Assembly (NCBI RefSeq): GCF_004010195.1 | Contig: NC_057753.1 | Coordinates: forward strand, 13,009,446-13,073,445 | Length of the DNA stretch: 64,000 nt | Direction of reading: 5' to 3' | From: Chiloscyllium plagiosum | Taxonomy: Eukaryota | Part shown: piece by piece, positions 13,206 through 26,674 of the stretch | Layout: each line of letters begins with the position of its first letter | How positions within the stretch are numbered: the first letter of the stretch is position 1 | Program-made: the position numbers and the translations under genes | Notes under the pieces: generated by a model | Told to the model about the DNA's origin: nothing | What the model saw: the letters and a program-made list of their open reading frames with translations, nothing else | Database searches by the model: none

Positions 13206-13779
13206 AGAAATGCTTGTGAAATGCTCTCCAAACATGGAAGATATTACTTGTCAAAATTTGAAACTCTAAAACTTTAGCAATAGTTCTAGGATTGTTCAAT
13301 CTTACCCAGTTAAGTTTAAGCAGGGAAAATAACATTTCTGAATATCAGTTCAATTTCTACTGAACAGGTTTGAACAATGTTTCACAGTGCATTCAAGTCA
13401 GAGCAGCAAGTAGTATAATATTCAATTGATCTGCTGATACACAGACAGACAACATCACTATTTGCAATTTAGATTGTAATCGCAGATGGCAGTGTAATGG
13501 TAATAATGCTTCACTGCCAATTCAGAATCTCAGAAGGCCTTTCTGTGGACAGATCGCCTGGTTGAACTTAAATTCATTTAATAATTTTGCTCGCAGACAG
13601 TTCAAGGGTAATTATGACAGGGCAATGAACGTTGTTTTGCACAGCGAAACTCATCTCACATGAAGCAATAGAATTTTTAAAACCGTCACACAATGAAGTA
13701 ATACATATTCTTATGACGATCAGCAATCAAGTAAACATTTCGAAATAAATCAACAGCAACTATTAATGGAACTGTGTCC

Positions 13780-14960
13780 ATACAGCTCTCTGTGTCAAAT
13801 TTCGAAAGTCTGGCAGATCTTTGAGAGGAGGAATTCTCACTCATCTCTCTGTTAAATTGGTAACCTTTTATTCTGCGACTATTCACTCTTGTCCGAGAGT
13901 TTCCCATGTTTGGACACTTTCTGTCAGCATTTACCCTTACGAAGTGTATATGTTTTAATAAGATCAATCTCATTCTTCTGAACTCCAATGATTAGAGTCT
14001 AAATCTGTTTAACGTTTGTTCATAAGAAAATCTCTCCAGACTGGGCATTCCCAAGTAAACCTTCTCTTAACAGAATCCACCGAAATTAAACCTTTCTTCA
14101 AATGAAGGAACCAAAACTGCACACAGCATAAGGGAAATGGTCATTCAAGAATCCTATGGAGTTTTCCGAAGTAGTCCCTCCTCTAAACCTTCAACCCCCT
14201 TGAAGTAAGTGCCAAATTTACTTTAATGTTCCTAATTCTCTGCTGTATCTATGTGCTGACATTCTGTGTTTCGTGGTCATGTGCCCAGTACCTCTTGTGA
14301 TACGATTTCCTGCAGTTTTTATCTATTTGAATAAAGACATGTTATTTTGTTCTTCTTTCCAAATCAGTAACGTTACATTTTTCCACATTATACTGGACTT
14401 GCTAACATTTTGTGAACTTACTTATTCTATCAATGTCCTCTCATTAACTGTTTGTATCCTTCTCGCAAGTTCTTTTTGTGTCTCTTTCAAATTTGCCTAC
14501 GTTTTATTCTCTTCCTTCCCCAAGATATTGAAACATATCGTCAACATTTGTTGTCCGGGCACTGATCCCTGTACACCCCATTGACGCTAGATGGCAGACT
14601 GAAAAAAAGAACTCTTTTTTTTTCCCCACCTTTTGTTTCCTGGCCATCAGCCAATTCTCCACCCATGCGAATATGTGACATTTAAAACGGTAGACTCTCA
14701 CGTTCTGATTTAACGTTTGGTGAGATATCTTGAGATACATCTTATGGAAGCCCAAAATGACAAGGTCAGTGGTTACCCTCTATTGACTCTGTTTGGCCTT
14801 CCTCTAAACACTGTAATAAAACGTACTTAATGAAATTTCCCTTTCACGAAGCCATGTGGATTATATTTGATTAGGTTATGAATTTCCAAATGTCTTACTA
14901 GTACTTAATGATCGATTCCAATGTGTCTCCAACATAGGTCATAGTCTAATCGATCCGGAC
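13780..14960 (-). mobile_element. Degraded CR1 LINE ORF2 fragment
   Basis: ORFs contain EFRRMRLILLK and AWVENWLMARKQKVG, which are CR1 RT/3' motifs. Confidence 0.75.
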
Positions 14961-15725
14961 TTAATGACTACTATGTTTCCCTTGCTTTTTGAGAGAGGGT
15001 GCCCTGTTGACCTTTTTCCAATACTCTGGAACATTTCCAGAGACGTCCTTCGGTGTTTTTTGAGAAATTCTGCTTTGTTACACATCGTCAGAGACCTGGT
15101 TGCATCAACAACTTGGCATTCAAAGGATTGCTTTGAAATCCTAAAAAAAAGAGATCTTTTGCCGAAGATACAAGCATCGATTTTCACACAGCATCTCCCA
15201 TTTATTGGACCAATACTTAAACCGACATAGCCACAATGTCACTAAGCAGCATACCCCTGCCCATAAGTGTACATATTTCCTTACTGACGAGATAACAATA
15301 TATCTGTTTTGCTATTCCAATGTTTCTCACTGAGAATTGCAATTAAATCCCGCTTTGTGAAAATGGAGAGTTCACAGCTTAAAAGTCTCCATTGAAAACA
15401 CACAGAAAAATACAGTCTGTCTCTTTTAATCATTCTGTGTTCAGGTTAAAATTTCTGAGCAACTAACGAGAAAAAGATAATATCTCCGGCGAGATCCTGT
15501 GCGTCTTTGAGAAAGGAAATAAATATTCCTTTCCATAAAATCACACTTTGGGCTGCACTCAAATTGAATCTTAATTAAACAAATTCTCCAGCAGTATACA
15601 GCAAAACATTGTGGTGCTGGAACAAAAGCAGAACGTGTTAGATAAACTCAACATTTCTGCAAACATCTGTGGAATGAGACTTAACCTCTGCAGCCAACAG
15701 ATCCTTCATCATGACAGAACACTGG

Positions 15726-16428
15726 TGTTACGGGGTAAACCCTCCTGCTTCACTAAAACCAGCAGCACAGAAAAAAAAACAAAATAAATCCTGTGCAGAG
15801 ATCTGTGAAAATACCAGAGGCCAAGACTAATTAAGATAAAACTTCAGAACTTTATTTCGTAAAGTGTAACAGCGAATAATTAACTCCTATTTACAACTCC
15901 TCCCTCTAACCTATCTTTTATCTTACCTTTTATAGTACAAGTCCGACAGAAACCCCGACTAAGATGTACCAAGAATTCAAATTTTCAAAACCAGCCAGAT
16001 GTCGAATCTTCTCTTATATCATCCTCGGTCTTCTTTTCTTCTTCTTTGGGGTTTCTGTTTCACAGGAAAATGATCATTGAAGTTACCTTTAAGGGAGCTA
16101 TTCTCTGCAGATGTTGGTGGCTTGGCAGTTCTCCAATCAACTGTTTAATTTTCTCCAGTCTTATACCTCCAAAACATCGGATTGTCACATTGGATTTTAA
16201 TATTGTCAATATACTAAATTAAAACTTGTTTGGAGTTTGGAATTTTTTGGCTATTATTTAAACTGATTGGCTTCATTCGAACTTATTTTGTTGTCTCCAA
16301 GCAACCGGCTAATCGAGTTGTTCGATCAAATGTTAGATTATATTTTGTTCAGAACACTTGGTGCTGACAGGTAGGTTTGCCAGCCTTTTACTCTCTTAAA
16401 GGTGCAGTACACCCACTTCTTCATAACA
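15726..16428 (-). mobile_element. 3' LTR of Gypsy element
   Basis: Bounded by TGTTA...TAACA. The purine tract GGGAGG (16434-16429 on minus) lies immediately before it, downstream of the pol remnant. Confidence 0.75.
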
Positions 16429-16590
16429 CCTCCCAGTTATGAAAAAATGAACCATCCAAATGAGAAATGACAAACACATTGCCCTAACATACCGACAACT
16501 TTCATCTAAGATCACCTTAACTATGATATTCACATATCATTAAATAAAAAAAAACAAATCTCATCTAAAGATTCTCAGTTAAATTGGCGA

Positions 16591-18061
16591 CTATGCATCT
16601 GTGATTACATTCTTATGACCCAGAACATTTATGACTATTAAATTAAAAGTCTGCAACATAAGATTCCTCGTGGTCCCTGTCTTGTCTTCAAACCGTTCTA
16701 AGAATGTAAGAGGAGAGTGATCCTTGCACAACACCGTCTCTGACACATTGTTCATGACATGCATATTAAAATGTCGTAAGGCCAGTACCAAACTCAATAC
16801 TTCTTTCTCGATTGTGGAGTATTTCCTCTGCTGGATGTTGATCCTCTTCGAAAAGTAACCAACTGGCATATCAATCCCATCTGCATCTTCCTGTAGGAAT
16901 ACAGGTCCAAATCCTAAGTCACTAGCTTCGATCATAACTTTCGAAGGTTTTGAAAATTTTGGTGTAGCTAAACTAGTTTGATGATTAATCTTGATTTCGA
17001 ATGTTCGAATGCCTCCTGGCATTGTTCTGTCAACCGAAACTTTGTGTTCTTTTTCAGCAAATCGGTTAATGCTGCCTGAATTGCTGTGCTCTTCCAGCAC
17101 CACTGATTCAGAATCTGGTTTCCAGCATCTGCAGTCATTGTTTTTACCTAATAGTGCTACTATACTGCTGAAGTTTTGAACATACTTCAGGTGCAATCCG
17201 CTGAGTCCTAAGAATTGAAGCACCACTTTCTTCGAGGTTGGTCATGGAAATTCCTCGACAGCTTTCGTCTTTGTTTTCCGTGGGGTCAACTATTCAAGTG
17301 AAATTTTAGGTCCTCTGAACTTCACATCTGCTTTGCGAATTCAATTTATTTAAGTTTATCACCAACTTTGCCTCCTGTAGTTGCAAAACATCTCTGCCAA
17401 CTCTAACGGGTGATCTTTGCAGGACTTACTGAAAATCACTACATCGTCCAAATAGACTGCATGGTTTGTTAACCAAGCAACAACTTTGTTGATTAGTCTT
17501 TGGACGGGTGCGTTCTTCTTTCCAAAGGGCATCACTTAACACTGGTACAGCCCATTTTGGATTCACAAACATAGAAATTTCTTTCAACATCTTGGATAAA
17601 GGTACCTGCCAACAACCACTTATTAAGTCCAAGTTGGTGATGTTACTTGTCCAAATTTCTCGATATAGATCTCCAATCTAGGAATTGAATCAGCGTCCGT
17701 TTTTTTTCAGTGGCGTCGACATTCCAATACCCCTTGTAGAAACCTTGAGTCCCTCTGGTTTGGGAACTAAGACGACCAGTGAACTGCATTCGCTCTGGCT
17801 TGGTTCGATGACTTCCTCGTCGAGCATGGTCTCCACCTCCATTTGAACTTGTCTGGCTTTGAAAGGATTAAGTCGATCGTGGTATGGTTTTATCGGAGCA
17901 GTATTCCCTACGACTACTTCATGTACAATTAATTAGACATCCCCATCTGATTGAAACATATATTTTTATATTGAGGTAACAAATTTTTCAAGTGCGTACT
18001 GTGCTCATGAGACAGGTAGTTGAACCCACTTCAACCATTGAACCCTACCCCCTGCCAGAGC
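16591..18061 (-). mobile_element. Gypsy (Gmr1-like) pol remnant, RT followed by RNase H
   Basis: DLISGCWQVPL (RT) and ASDLGFGPVFLQ..PVGYFSKR..YSTIEKEVLSLVLALRHF..DHSPLTFL..GHKNVITDA (RNase H), with frameshifts. A short Penelope-terminal insertion sits at about 17000-17150. Confidence 0.88.
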
Positions 18062-18679
18062 TACCTTAGCATGCCACAACAGGAAGCGCAAAGCCTGCGC
18101 CCACACGACTACACTCACCTCCTTCTAAGGCCTCAAGGGATACTTCCACAACCGTCAGAAATTCACCTGCACCTCTCCCATTGTCATTCACTGCATCTGT
18201 TGCACCCATCGTGGTCTCCTCTATACCGGCGAGACAGAACGCCTTCTTCTGGATCATTTCAGAGAACATCTTTGGACACTCTCACCTACCAACACCACCG
18301 CTCCGTGGCTAAACACTTCAGCAACCCCTCCCACTCCGTCAAGGACATGCAGATCCTGGTCCTGCTCCACTGACAAACTGTTACCACCTGATGCCTGATG
18401 GAGGATGATATATTGCATGTTTGGGGGATGATATATTGTGATGGGAAGGTGAGGATTGGGGGTTCTGTCCTTGTTGCTCTGGCAGGGGGTAGGGTTCAAT
18501 GGTTGAAGTGGGTTCAACTACCTGTCTCATGAGCACAGTATGCACTTGAAAGATTTGTTACCTCAATATAAAAATATATGTATAAATCAGATGGGGAGGA
18601 CTAATTAATTGTACATGAAGTAGTCGTAGGGAATACTGCTCCGATAAAACCACACCACGATCGGCTTAATCCTTTCAAA
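17858..18679. repeat. 204-bp inverted duplication (17858-18061 / 18476-18679)
   Basis: The arms align end to end. The ORF track shows MNPLQPLNPTPCQS on both strands. Confidence 0.92.
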
Positions 18680-19775
18680 TTCCGCCTTGGGACCCTGCAA
18701 CCACACGGGATAAGTCCGGATTTCAACAGCTTCCTTATTTCCCCTCCTCTCACATTATCCCAGTCCCAAGCTTCCAATTAGGCACCGCCCTCTGGACCCA
18801 TCCATTACTGCCCTCTCTGACCAAGGGGTTCCTGTCAAGAACCTCACCTTCCACACCACCAACCTCCGCATAAACTGCAGCATCTGTTGACATTTTCACC
18901 ACCTACAAACGGACCCCACCACCAGGTATATATTTCCCACCCCACCCCTATCCACTTTCTGCAAAGTCCGTTCCCTCCGTGACTATCTGGTCAGGTCCAC
19001 GCCCAACAACCCACCCTCCTCTCCTGGTACCTTTCCCTGCCACCACAGGAATTGCAAAACCTGCGTCCACACCTCCGCCTTCATGTCCATCCAAGGCCAC
19101 AAAGGAGCCTTCAACATCCATCAAAGTTTCACCTGCACATCCACAAATGCCATTTAACGTATCTGTTGCTCCTGATTCGGCCTCCTTTACACTGGAGAGA
19201 CTGGACACCTTCGCACAGAGCGCTTTAGGGAACGTCTCCCGGACACACGCACCAATCAACCCCACCACCCCGTAGCCGAAGATTTCAACTCCCCTCCCAC
19301 TCTGCCGAGAACATGCAGGTCCGGGACCTCCTCTACCACCACTCACTCACCGCCCGACGCCTGGAGGAAGAACGCCTCATCTTCTGCCTCAGAATACTTC
19401 AACCCCACATCATCAGTTTGGACTTCACCAGTTTCCTCATTTTCCCTCTCTCCACCTTACCCCAGTTCCAGCATGCCAGCTCAGCACCATCCTCATCACT
19501 AATCCTACCTGCCAATCTTCCTTCCCACCTCTCCAACCTATCACCTTCATCCCCACCTCTATCAGCCTATTACACTCTTAGCTACATTGTCCCCAGCCCC
19601 ACCCCCTCCCATTTACCTCTCGACGCTGCAGGGTCCCAGCCTCATTCCTTGTGAAGGGCGTTTGCCCTAAACGTCGATTTTCCTGTTCCTGGTTGTTGCC
19701 TGACCTGCTGTGTCTTTCCAACACCACTCTAATTTTCACTCTGATTTCTAGCATCTGCAGTCCTCACTTTCGCCT
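18062..19775 (+). mobile_element. Nested Penelope-like element fragments (GIY-YIG region plus terminal repeat)
   Basis: Two related copies, at 18062-18400/18680-18820 and about 18825-19775. They carry VAKHFS, RRLEEERLIFCL and the terminal gaagggc..gccc.aaacgtcga motif. Confidence 0.8.
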
Positions 19776-19779
19776 TATC

Positions 19780-20400
19780 TTGAGATGATCCCAAGTTAGA
19801 ACTCCCAGGTCTCTTTCCACTTCAGACTTTTGGATTTTCCCCCCATTTACAAAATAGTTCATGCTTCTATTCAATTATCAAAGTGCATGACCTGCAAATT
19901 TACTACTTGCACTTCATTTGCCACTTTCTGCTCACTCTCCTAACCTGCCGAAATCCTGCTGCAGCCTCTCCGTTTCCTCAATGTTACCTTTCCTACTGTG
20001 TATCTTTGCACCATCCTCAAACCTAGATAGAATAATATTTGTTCTTTCATCTAGATCAATAATGTACAGAGTGAAATGCTGTGTTCCCAATACTGACCCT
20101 AGCGGAATACCACGTGTCACAGACTGCCATACTGACAAAGCCTCTTTTATCCCCACTGTCTGCTTTCTCTGAGACAGCTAATCTTCCAGCCATGCTAGCA
20201 GCTTGCTTCTAACGCCATGGGCCCTTGTCTAATTCAGCTGCCTCTTGTTTGGCATCTCATTAAAGGCCTCCTGGAATTCTTTGGTCTAACCTACTCATTA
20301 CTTCCTCAATGAATTCAAGCAGAATTTTCCGGCATGACCTCCCCTTGTTGAAATCATACTGACTTTGCCATATTTTACCATACGCTTCCAAGTATTCAGA
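19780..20400 (-). mobile_element. CR1 LINE RT fragment
   Basis: WQSVTRGIPLGSVLG..YIIDLD..LQQDFGRLGE. Confidence 0.8.
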
Positions 20401-20499
20401 AATCTAAACCTTCAAAATAACATCCGACATGTAAACCACATTTACAAGCATGTTATTAGGAGTAGACGCTTCAAGGTGCAAGAAGAGGCTCGCTATGAC

Positions 20500-20900
20500 G
20501 AGACATTTTTCCGCTGGAATGTAGGAGTTGAGAAGAGACCTTACAGAGGTTTACGAAATTATGAGGGGCGTGGATAAGGTGAAGTGCATAGGTAGATGAA
20601 TTCTACCCGATAATACATATTTTTAAATTGAGAGGGCAACATTTAAAAGGGACGTTAGGGGTGACATTTCCATCCAGACGGTGATGCGCATATGGATGCA
20701 TCGCCAGAGAAAGTGTCAGATGCAGTTACATTCAAAACATCTAAGAGAGATTTGGACAGCTACATGAATAGGAAAGGTTCTGAAGGATTTGGTCAATTCT
20801 CAGGCAAATGGAACTTCTTTAGCTTGGAAAATCTGTTTGGCATGAACAAGATGAACGAATGGTTTGCATCTGCGCTGGTTGGCTCCAGGACACTAAGCTG
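20500..20900 (+). mobile_element. CR1 LINE 3' end
   Basis: FKTSKRDLDSYMNRKG and a typical CR1 3' tail. Confidence 0.7.
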
Positions 20901-21440
20901 AAGGGAGAGGCATTCTTTGCGCTGGAAACGCTTGGTTATAAAAATAGACTCAATCAAAAAGAGGAACGGCAAACGAAAACAAAAAGTATGTTTTCGAATA
21001 TTCGTAGGGCCTTTGGAAATGTGAACTTATTGCTTAAGGGTGGACAAGAACAAAAACCATCTGATTTGTTTTTTCTTTCTTACCCCATCACATGGTGCCA
21101 TCTTGCTGATTTGATACTGATGATTGGGAATCAAAGTCAGGTCACATATGTAGGGAAGATGTGTTTTTGCAAAGCTTTTAATTCATGAAAAGATATGTAT
21201 TCCCGAATCATATTCATCGATTAAGGTCTGACTTTTGTCAATATAAAAGGAGCAGAGGAAACTTTCTTCAGTGTTACACTTTTTACTTTTGGCTTATTAT
21301 GTATTTGGATACATTTCAAATTTCTGATTTTGTTCCGAAAACATTTAGGAATTCCATGTTTCTCTGCAATCTTATCCTGACTCTATTCTTCCCGTACGCC
21401 CCACCCCCACCATTCAATGCAATTGGTCACTTTGCATCAG

Positions 21441-22000
21441 AGTTTTCGAACGAGGCTCCTCTTGTTTTCTGCCACTATGTCTCTCAGTCCGCAGTGATAC
21501 ACCGCGCTGACAGACAGTTGCAGCTGACTAACGGTGATATTTCCCTCACTTTTCGAAATGTCCGGACACGAAAATCGTCGAGTCCCTACGCCCTTTGCTG
21601 TGAAAGGATCTCCGTAGTTAGGGAGTAAGTGAAGAATTTTCGCGCTTTGCTGCGGTACTGACGGTACAACTGTGAAGAATATAAACTCAATGCAATCGAG
21701 TACTTGAAGGTAATTGTCACTAAGTCTTATTTGAACTTTTTGTTGCAGTCAATAACTGCGATACTGACTCTGCACAATTAGCATCTTAAGAAATGTGGTA
21801 AGAAACAAAATTTAAGTGATACATTCTCACTTTATTCGAACCATGTCTAAAAGGTGCGAAAATACTTTGAAAAGGAGGAGAGCATTTACAGGGAAGATTA
21901 TCATGTCGATATCATGTACCAACAACATTTTGGCACTTACTGAGCTTACTGATTAATACATCTGCAGCTATCATCAATACATAAAATGTTAGGCGATCGC
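21441..22000 (-). pseudogene. TCR alpha V segment pseudogene (leader + V exon + 23-RSS)
   Basis: Leader LTFYVLMIAADVLI with donor GTAAGC (21949-21944). The exon from 21784 reads ANCAESVSQ / VTITFKYS..QLYRQYRSKA / ITVSQLQLSVSAVYHCGLR. RSS: CATAGTG (21479-21473), 23 nt, TCGAAAACT (21449-21441). Confidence 0.85.
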
Positions 22001-22814
22001 GTGTGCTGAGTAGATCATAAGTTTGAAGTTGTGTAGTCTCCACTCAGAGATGCTTGTGAGTTTGAACACTTCAAGCTGAAGCTGAGGAAGTTTCAGAACT
22101 GATGTTCTGTGCTTTCCGGTCTTATTGCTGAATGGTTCTTCTGTGTAAGTGTCTTCAGGCGGCATCCAATCAGATCAAGCTGTTTTGTTCTCCGTTCATG
22201 AAATCAGAGAGTTCGTCAGTGAACCTTTGAATCTACTCCGTCTTTCAACCAGATCTTGTTCAGTCCACCAAACATTCACCGTGCCGTACAACTCCCACAT
22301 TCCTTATTCCCTTTAAGATTCACTGGTCTGGCAAAATGACTGCAAAATAAAGTCAAGTGACAATGGCTCTTCTCTGATATACTGAATTTATCTGAAGCAG
22401 GTACATACTGTAATTCTGAGAATTTAACAGAGTCTGTCACTAATCTGTGCCATTGTTGAGTGATAGTTCATGCCGTTGTAGTAACAGTGCCATTATCCTC
22501 TAATTAGAACCTCGCTTGCCGACCATGCACGACACTTGCAACGAAAGTAGAGGGATTTTATGCAGAACACAAACATTATGAAGTACACAAGGAAATCGTT
22601 ACGGACAGCTATCCCCTGAAGTGTGTTTTTGATTGTTTGAAGAGTAAACAGTACTGTTCATAGACCTGAAAGTTTGTGTTGGGGGCACAGTAGAGTAAAA
22701 GTGCTAGGTCTGTTTTTTTCCCAGAGTGTCGATAGCTCTCTCGCAGTGTGATGCTCAGTGAACAAAAAGGACAGCAGCAGCAGCAGCGATCTTTAGATGA
22801 ACTGTTCTGTTTTA

Positions 22815-24165
22815 CAGTCACAGAGTCACAGAGATGTCCAGCACAAAAATTGACCCTTTGGTCCAACTCGTCTATACCGACCAGATATCCTAACCTAATC
22901 CAGTCCCATTCCCAAGCACTCGGTCTGCTTCTTTCTAAACCCTTTCTATTCATACACTCTCCAGATTCCTTTTAAATGATGTAATTGTACAACCCTCAAC
23001 CACTTGCTCTGGCACCTCATTCCATGCAGGCACCGCCCTCTGTGTGAAGAGGTTACCTCTTAACTGCCTTTTACACCTTTCCCCTCACAACCTCAATCTG
23101 TGCCCTGGAGTTCTAGACAGTGTCACCCCAGGAAAAATACCCTGTCTATTTATCCTATCTATGTCACTCATGATTTTGTAAACCTCCACAAGGTCACTCC
23201 TCAGCCTCCGTTGCTCCAGGGAAAATAAGCCCAGCCTATTCAGCCTCTCCCAGTAGCTCAAACCCTGCCACCCTCGCAACATTCTTGTAAATCTTTTCTG
23301 AATGCATTCAAGTTTCACAACATTCTTCGGATATGAAGGTGACCAGAATTGCATGCAATATCCAAAAAGCGGCCTAACCACTGCCCTGTACAGCAGCAAC
23401 GTAACCGTCCAACTCCTTTACTTAATGGCCTGAACAATAACGGAAAACATGACAAATGCCTTCACTATCCTATATACCCGCAACTCTACAAAGTTTCTTT
23501 GTTGTAAAACACTCCCCAGGGCCTTACCATTAAGTGTGTAACCCCTTCTGTGATTTGCTTTTCCAAAATGCCGCACCTTGCATTTATTTAACTTAATCTC
23601 CATCTGCCTCTCCTCAGCCCATTGGCCCATCCGATCAAGATGCCGTTGTACTCTGAGGTAACCTTCGTCACTGTCGATGGCCACTTCAATTTTGGTCCCA
23701 TCTGCAACCTTGCTAACTCTTCCACGTATGTTCACATACATCTCATTTATATACTTGACGAAGTTCGTGGACTGAGCACTGACACTTGTGACACTCCACT
23801 TATCAGAGTTCTCCAGTCTGAAAATCAACCTTTCACCACTACAGTCTTTCTTCTACCTTCGAGCCAATTCTGTATCGAAATAATTAGTGCTTCCTGTATT
23901 CCATGAGACCAAACTTGCTAACCAGTCTTCCATGGGGTCCTTGTGGAACGCCGGACTAAAATACATGTAGATCATGTCAACTGCTCTGCCATCATGAATC
24001 CTCTTCGATGCTTCTTCAGAAAATTCAATCAAGTTCATAAGACATGATTTCACATGTACAAAGCTATGCTTACTATCCCTAATCAGTCCTTGCCTTTCCA
24101 AATATATGAAAATCTTCACTGTCAGGATACCCTCCAACAACGTGCCCAACACTGATGTGTTCAAA
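22815..24165 (-). mobile_element. CR1/HER1-type LINE, 5'-truncated
   Basis: ORFs 23853-24164, 23418-23828 and 23085-23399 carry KSCLMNLIEF, LYRAVVRP and LGLFSLEQRRLRSDL. The 3' tail ends near 22815. Confidence 0.9.
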
Positions 24166-24775
24166 GTAACTGAAAGCCAGTCTGAGATATCTGGGGACTT
24201 ACCAGCTCTTTTTTCCCTGTCATCTCAGTAAATATTTCGGAACTTCCGTGGAAAACTGAATGCACTAGAAACCTGATGATGTATTGTATTTTGCTGGGTA
24301 ATTACAGTTCAGAACCTGGTCTCTCCTTTCTCAACCATTATTGTAATTATATTCCAGGAAACTGAATCTTGGTCACGCATTTCTGCAAGAAACACGGTGG
24401 AAGGTGTCTAAAATCTGTATTGTAACTGATGAAATGCACTTTGACGAATTTAACTCAGACTCACCGGTCAGCACATTCATTATTCTCAGCAAGGCACACT
24501 CGGAACAAATGGCTTCAGGTTCGACAGTGAATCGCCCACTTCTTAAAGTATTTTCATGCTCCTGATACCATATTAGCGACTGAACCCAAATCAAAATTGG
24601 CTTCAATTACTAGGAAATTCAGGGTTGATTTCCTTGTTTCGATTGGCTGGTCTCCCTGATATTAACAATATACCAGTTGTAATTACTTCACAGCTGATTG
24701 CAGTTGACTCTCTCCAATCATTTATGAAATATCTTTATGTCTTTCTCACCCCACCCCACCCCCTCGTATTTTCAG

Positions 24776-25130
24776 ATGTTAAATCAGTTCTGACTAACTG
24801 TGGGTTTTGGGTGGGAAACGGATCCAGAAACCATTATAACTGTAAAAATGATTCATTGACTCACACTGATCTTCTCGAAAACATGATGAAGAGCAGCAGT
24901 CCGTCATTCGACCATGCTCCTCCATTTCTGAATATAACGACTACTCTGATTATAGCCTCAGCTCTTCTTGCCTGTCTCGCCCCAGAATATGCTTCTCCCT
25001 TATGCATCATGTCTCTATATAAATCCACCATGTGTATATTGAGTGGCCCAACCCAACTAGTCTGAGACAAATGAATTCCAAAGACAAACGACACACTGAC
25101 AGCGGAAGAAAAACGTCCTCAACTCATTCA
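24776..25130 (+). pseudogene. Possible very degenerate TCR V segment
   Basis: Donor-like GTAATT near 24679 and acceptor ttttcag at 24775, with NCK and DHAPPFL remnants. CACACTG near 25092 is followed by 23 nt and a poor nonamer. Confidence 0.3.
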
Positions 25131-25315
25131 AATGGAAGGGCAGTGGTAATTTTAAAAGTTTTACCTCTCGTTTCAAATACGCCAAAATGCAATACCATTC
25201 TCTGAGAACCCATAGGTTCATGGCTGTTGAGGATGTTTCACGTGTTTCAGAAAATGCCGCTCATTCTTCTCACTGTTTTAGCTCTTCACCTGGCGCCCCG
25301 ATTAGAATGTGAGAC

Positions 25316-25811
25316 AGTTTTTCTACTGGGCACCAGGATTCTCATTCACTGTGGGACTCAGTGCACATTAATACACAGCGCTATCTGTGAGTTTTAAATC
25401 TTGCATGTACAACTGAAAAAAGTCTTGTTCCTCGTTGAGATTCCCAGTTACGTATCCAAAACGTGAAGCCTTATCATTTTGTACATAACTATCGAATCTG
25501 AGCAGGTATTGAGGAGCTTTCTGTGGATACTGGTGATACCAGAGCAGGCCATAGCCTCTTCACATACCAAGTTAAGTGCAGCTTAAATTTGAATCTTCAC
25601 CCTTTACTGCTTCACATCCTTGTTCTGACTGGGACACTGAGTATCCATTACTCATCTGAAATTGAACAGTAAACACACAATTGAGACACCATGAGAAAGA
25701 AATAATCGCCTCAAAATTGAATTGGAAAATACAATATGAACTTGGGTGTATTGACTGGAGATTCAGTTTGACTGTGACCAAGAAAACAACCACTATCAGG
25801 CAGAGTTTCAA
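25316..25811 (-). pseudogene. TCR alpha V segment pseudogene, best preserved in the window
   Basis: Leader KLCLIVVVFLVT lacks an ATG. The exon from 25655 stays in one frame: SNGYSVSQ..GEDSNLSCT*..*..LLWYHQYPQKAPQYLL..LKLTDSAVY*CALS (3 stops). RSS: CACAGTG (25353-25347), 22 nt, AGAAAAACT (25324-25316). Confidence 0.92.
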
Positions 25812-25895
25812 TCCGATTGCTCCCGACTGATCTCCAGATGCAGAGACAGCATTCAGGGTCCGTACCAGATCTGGAATTGCAGAAATTGAAAAAGG

Positions 25896-25916
25896 CCAAT
25901 GACGTTATGTGATTGG
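25896..25916 (-). promoter_or_regulatory. CRE-like and CCAAT motifs upstream of V leader
   Basis: TGACGTTA (25900-25907) is flanked by CCAAT/ATTGG, about 90 nt upstream of the leader. CRE-like sites are typical of TCR V promoters. Confidence 0.35.
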
Positions 25917-26674
25917 CTGGGAATTCATTATGCTGCCCAATTTTATGTTTTCATGCACCCATTTTCTGTCAAAGGGGATACTCGGATCTTCAGTAAGTGA
26001 TCAGAGCGTCCCCTATTATGCCCAGAAGAACAGCTTTGGCACAATCTCAGACATAATTATGTACACAGTGACAGAGACAGACAGACACATTCATGCATAC
26101 GCAATCACAAACGCACATGCGCCCACAGACATTAAAAAACAAACTGACAGACAGATGTGTTACGGAAGATTTTGAAAGTGGTTAAATTGCATGTTTCATC
26201 TGAACAATATATCAGTATGAGTTAGTACCGATGTTGAATGTTTGTATCCCCGATTTTAGTTCTAATTCAAATCAGCAGGGATTTTCAGCCTCATATCCAT
26301 TGACTCCTGTTTGCGTGTGCCTCTTTATACCATACTCCATCAAATGCCTTCTTAAGGTGAAGGGAAATGGTTAGCACTTCATTTCTGGTATTTTGCAAGT
26401 TTGGAAAAAGAATGCCATAAGTTCAGGAGACGAATGTATCTGGTGGAACACAGCTGAGCATCATCTTAAAGGCTAGCAGACCCTTTAAGAGGCTTAGGTG
26501 TATCAACAATCGGCAAAACATGGAATTGTTCAGTCTCAGACGGCCCAATATCTTGTTCTTCTCCATCTAGTGAATCTTCCTCCTGTGAGCAGACCTATTT
26601 AAGACATTTTCTGTACGTGCGGAGTTCAGGTAAGTGATACAGCACTTTTCTTGATTTCAATGTCACACGGTACA

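Noticed and set aside
21185-21628. Plus-strand ORF with NGDISLTFRNV resembling a B7/butyrophilin strand
   Set aside because: It is the antisense of a clear minus-strand TCR V segment with an RSS.
24373-24720. Minus-strand ESTAISC / WYQ / GRFTVE V-like words
   Set aside because: The spacing is inconsistent, there is no RSS, and it overlaps an alternative weak plus-strand interpretation.
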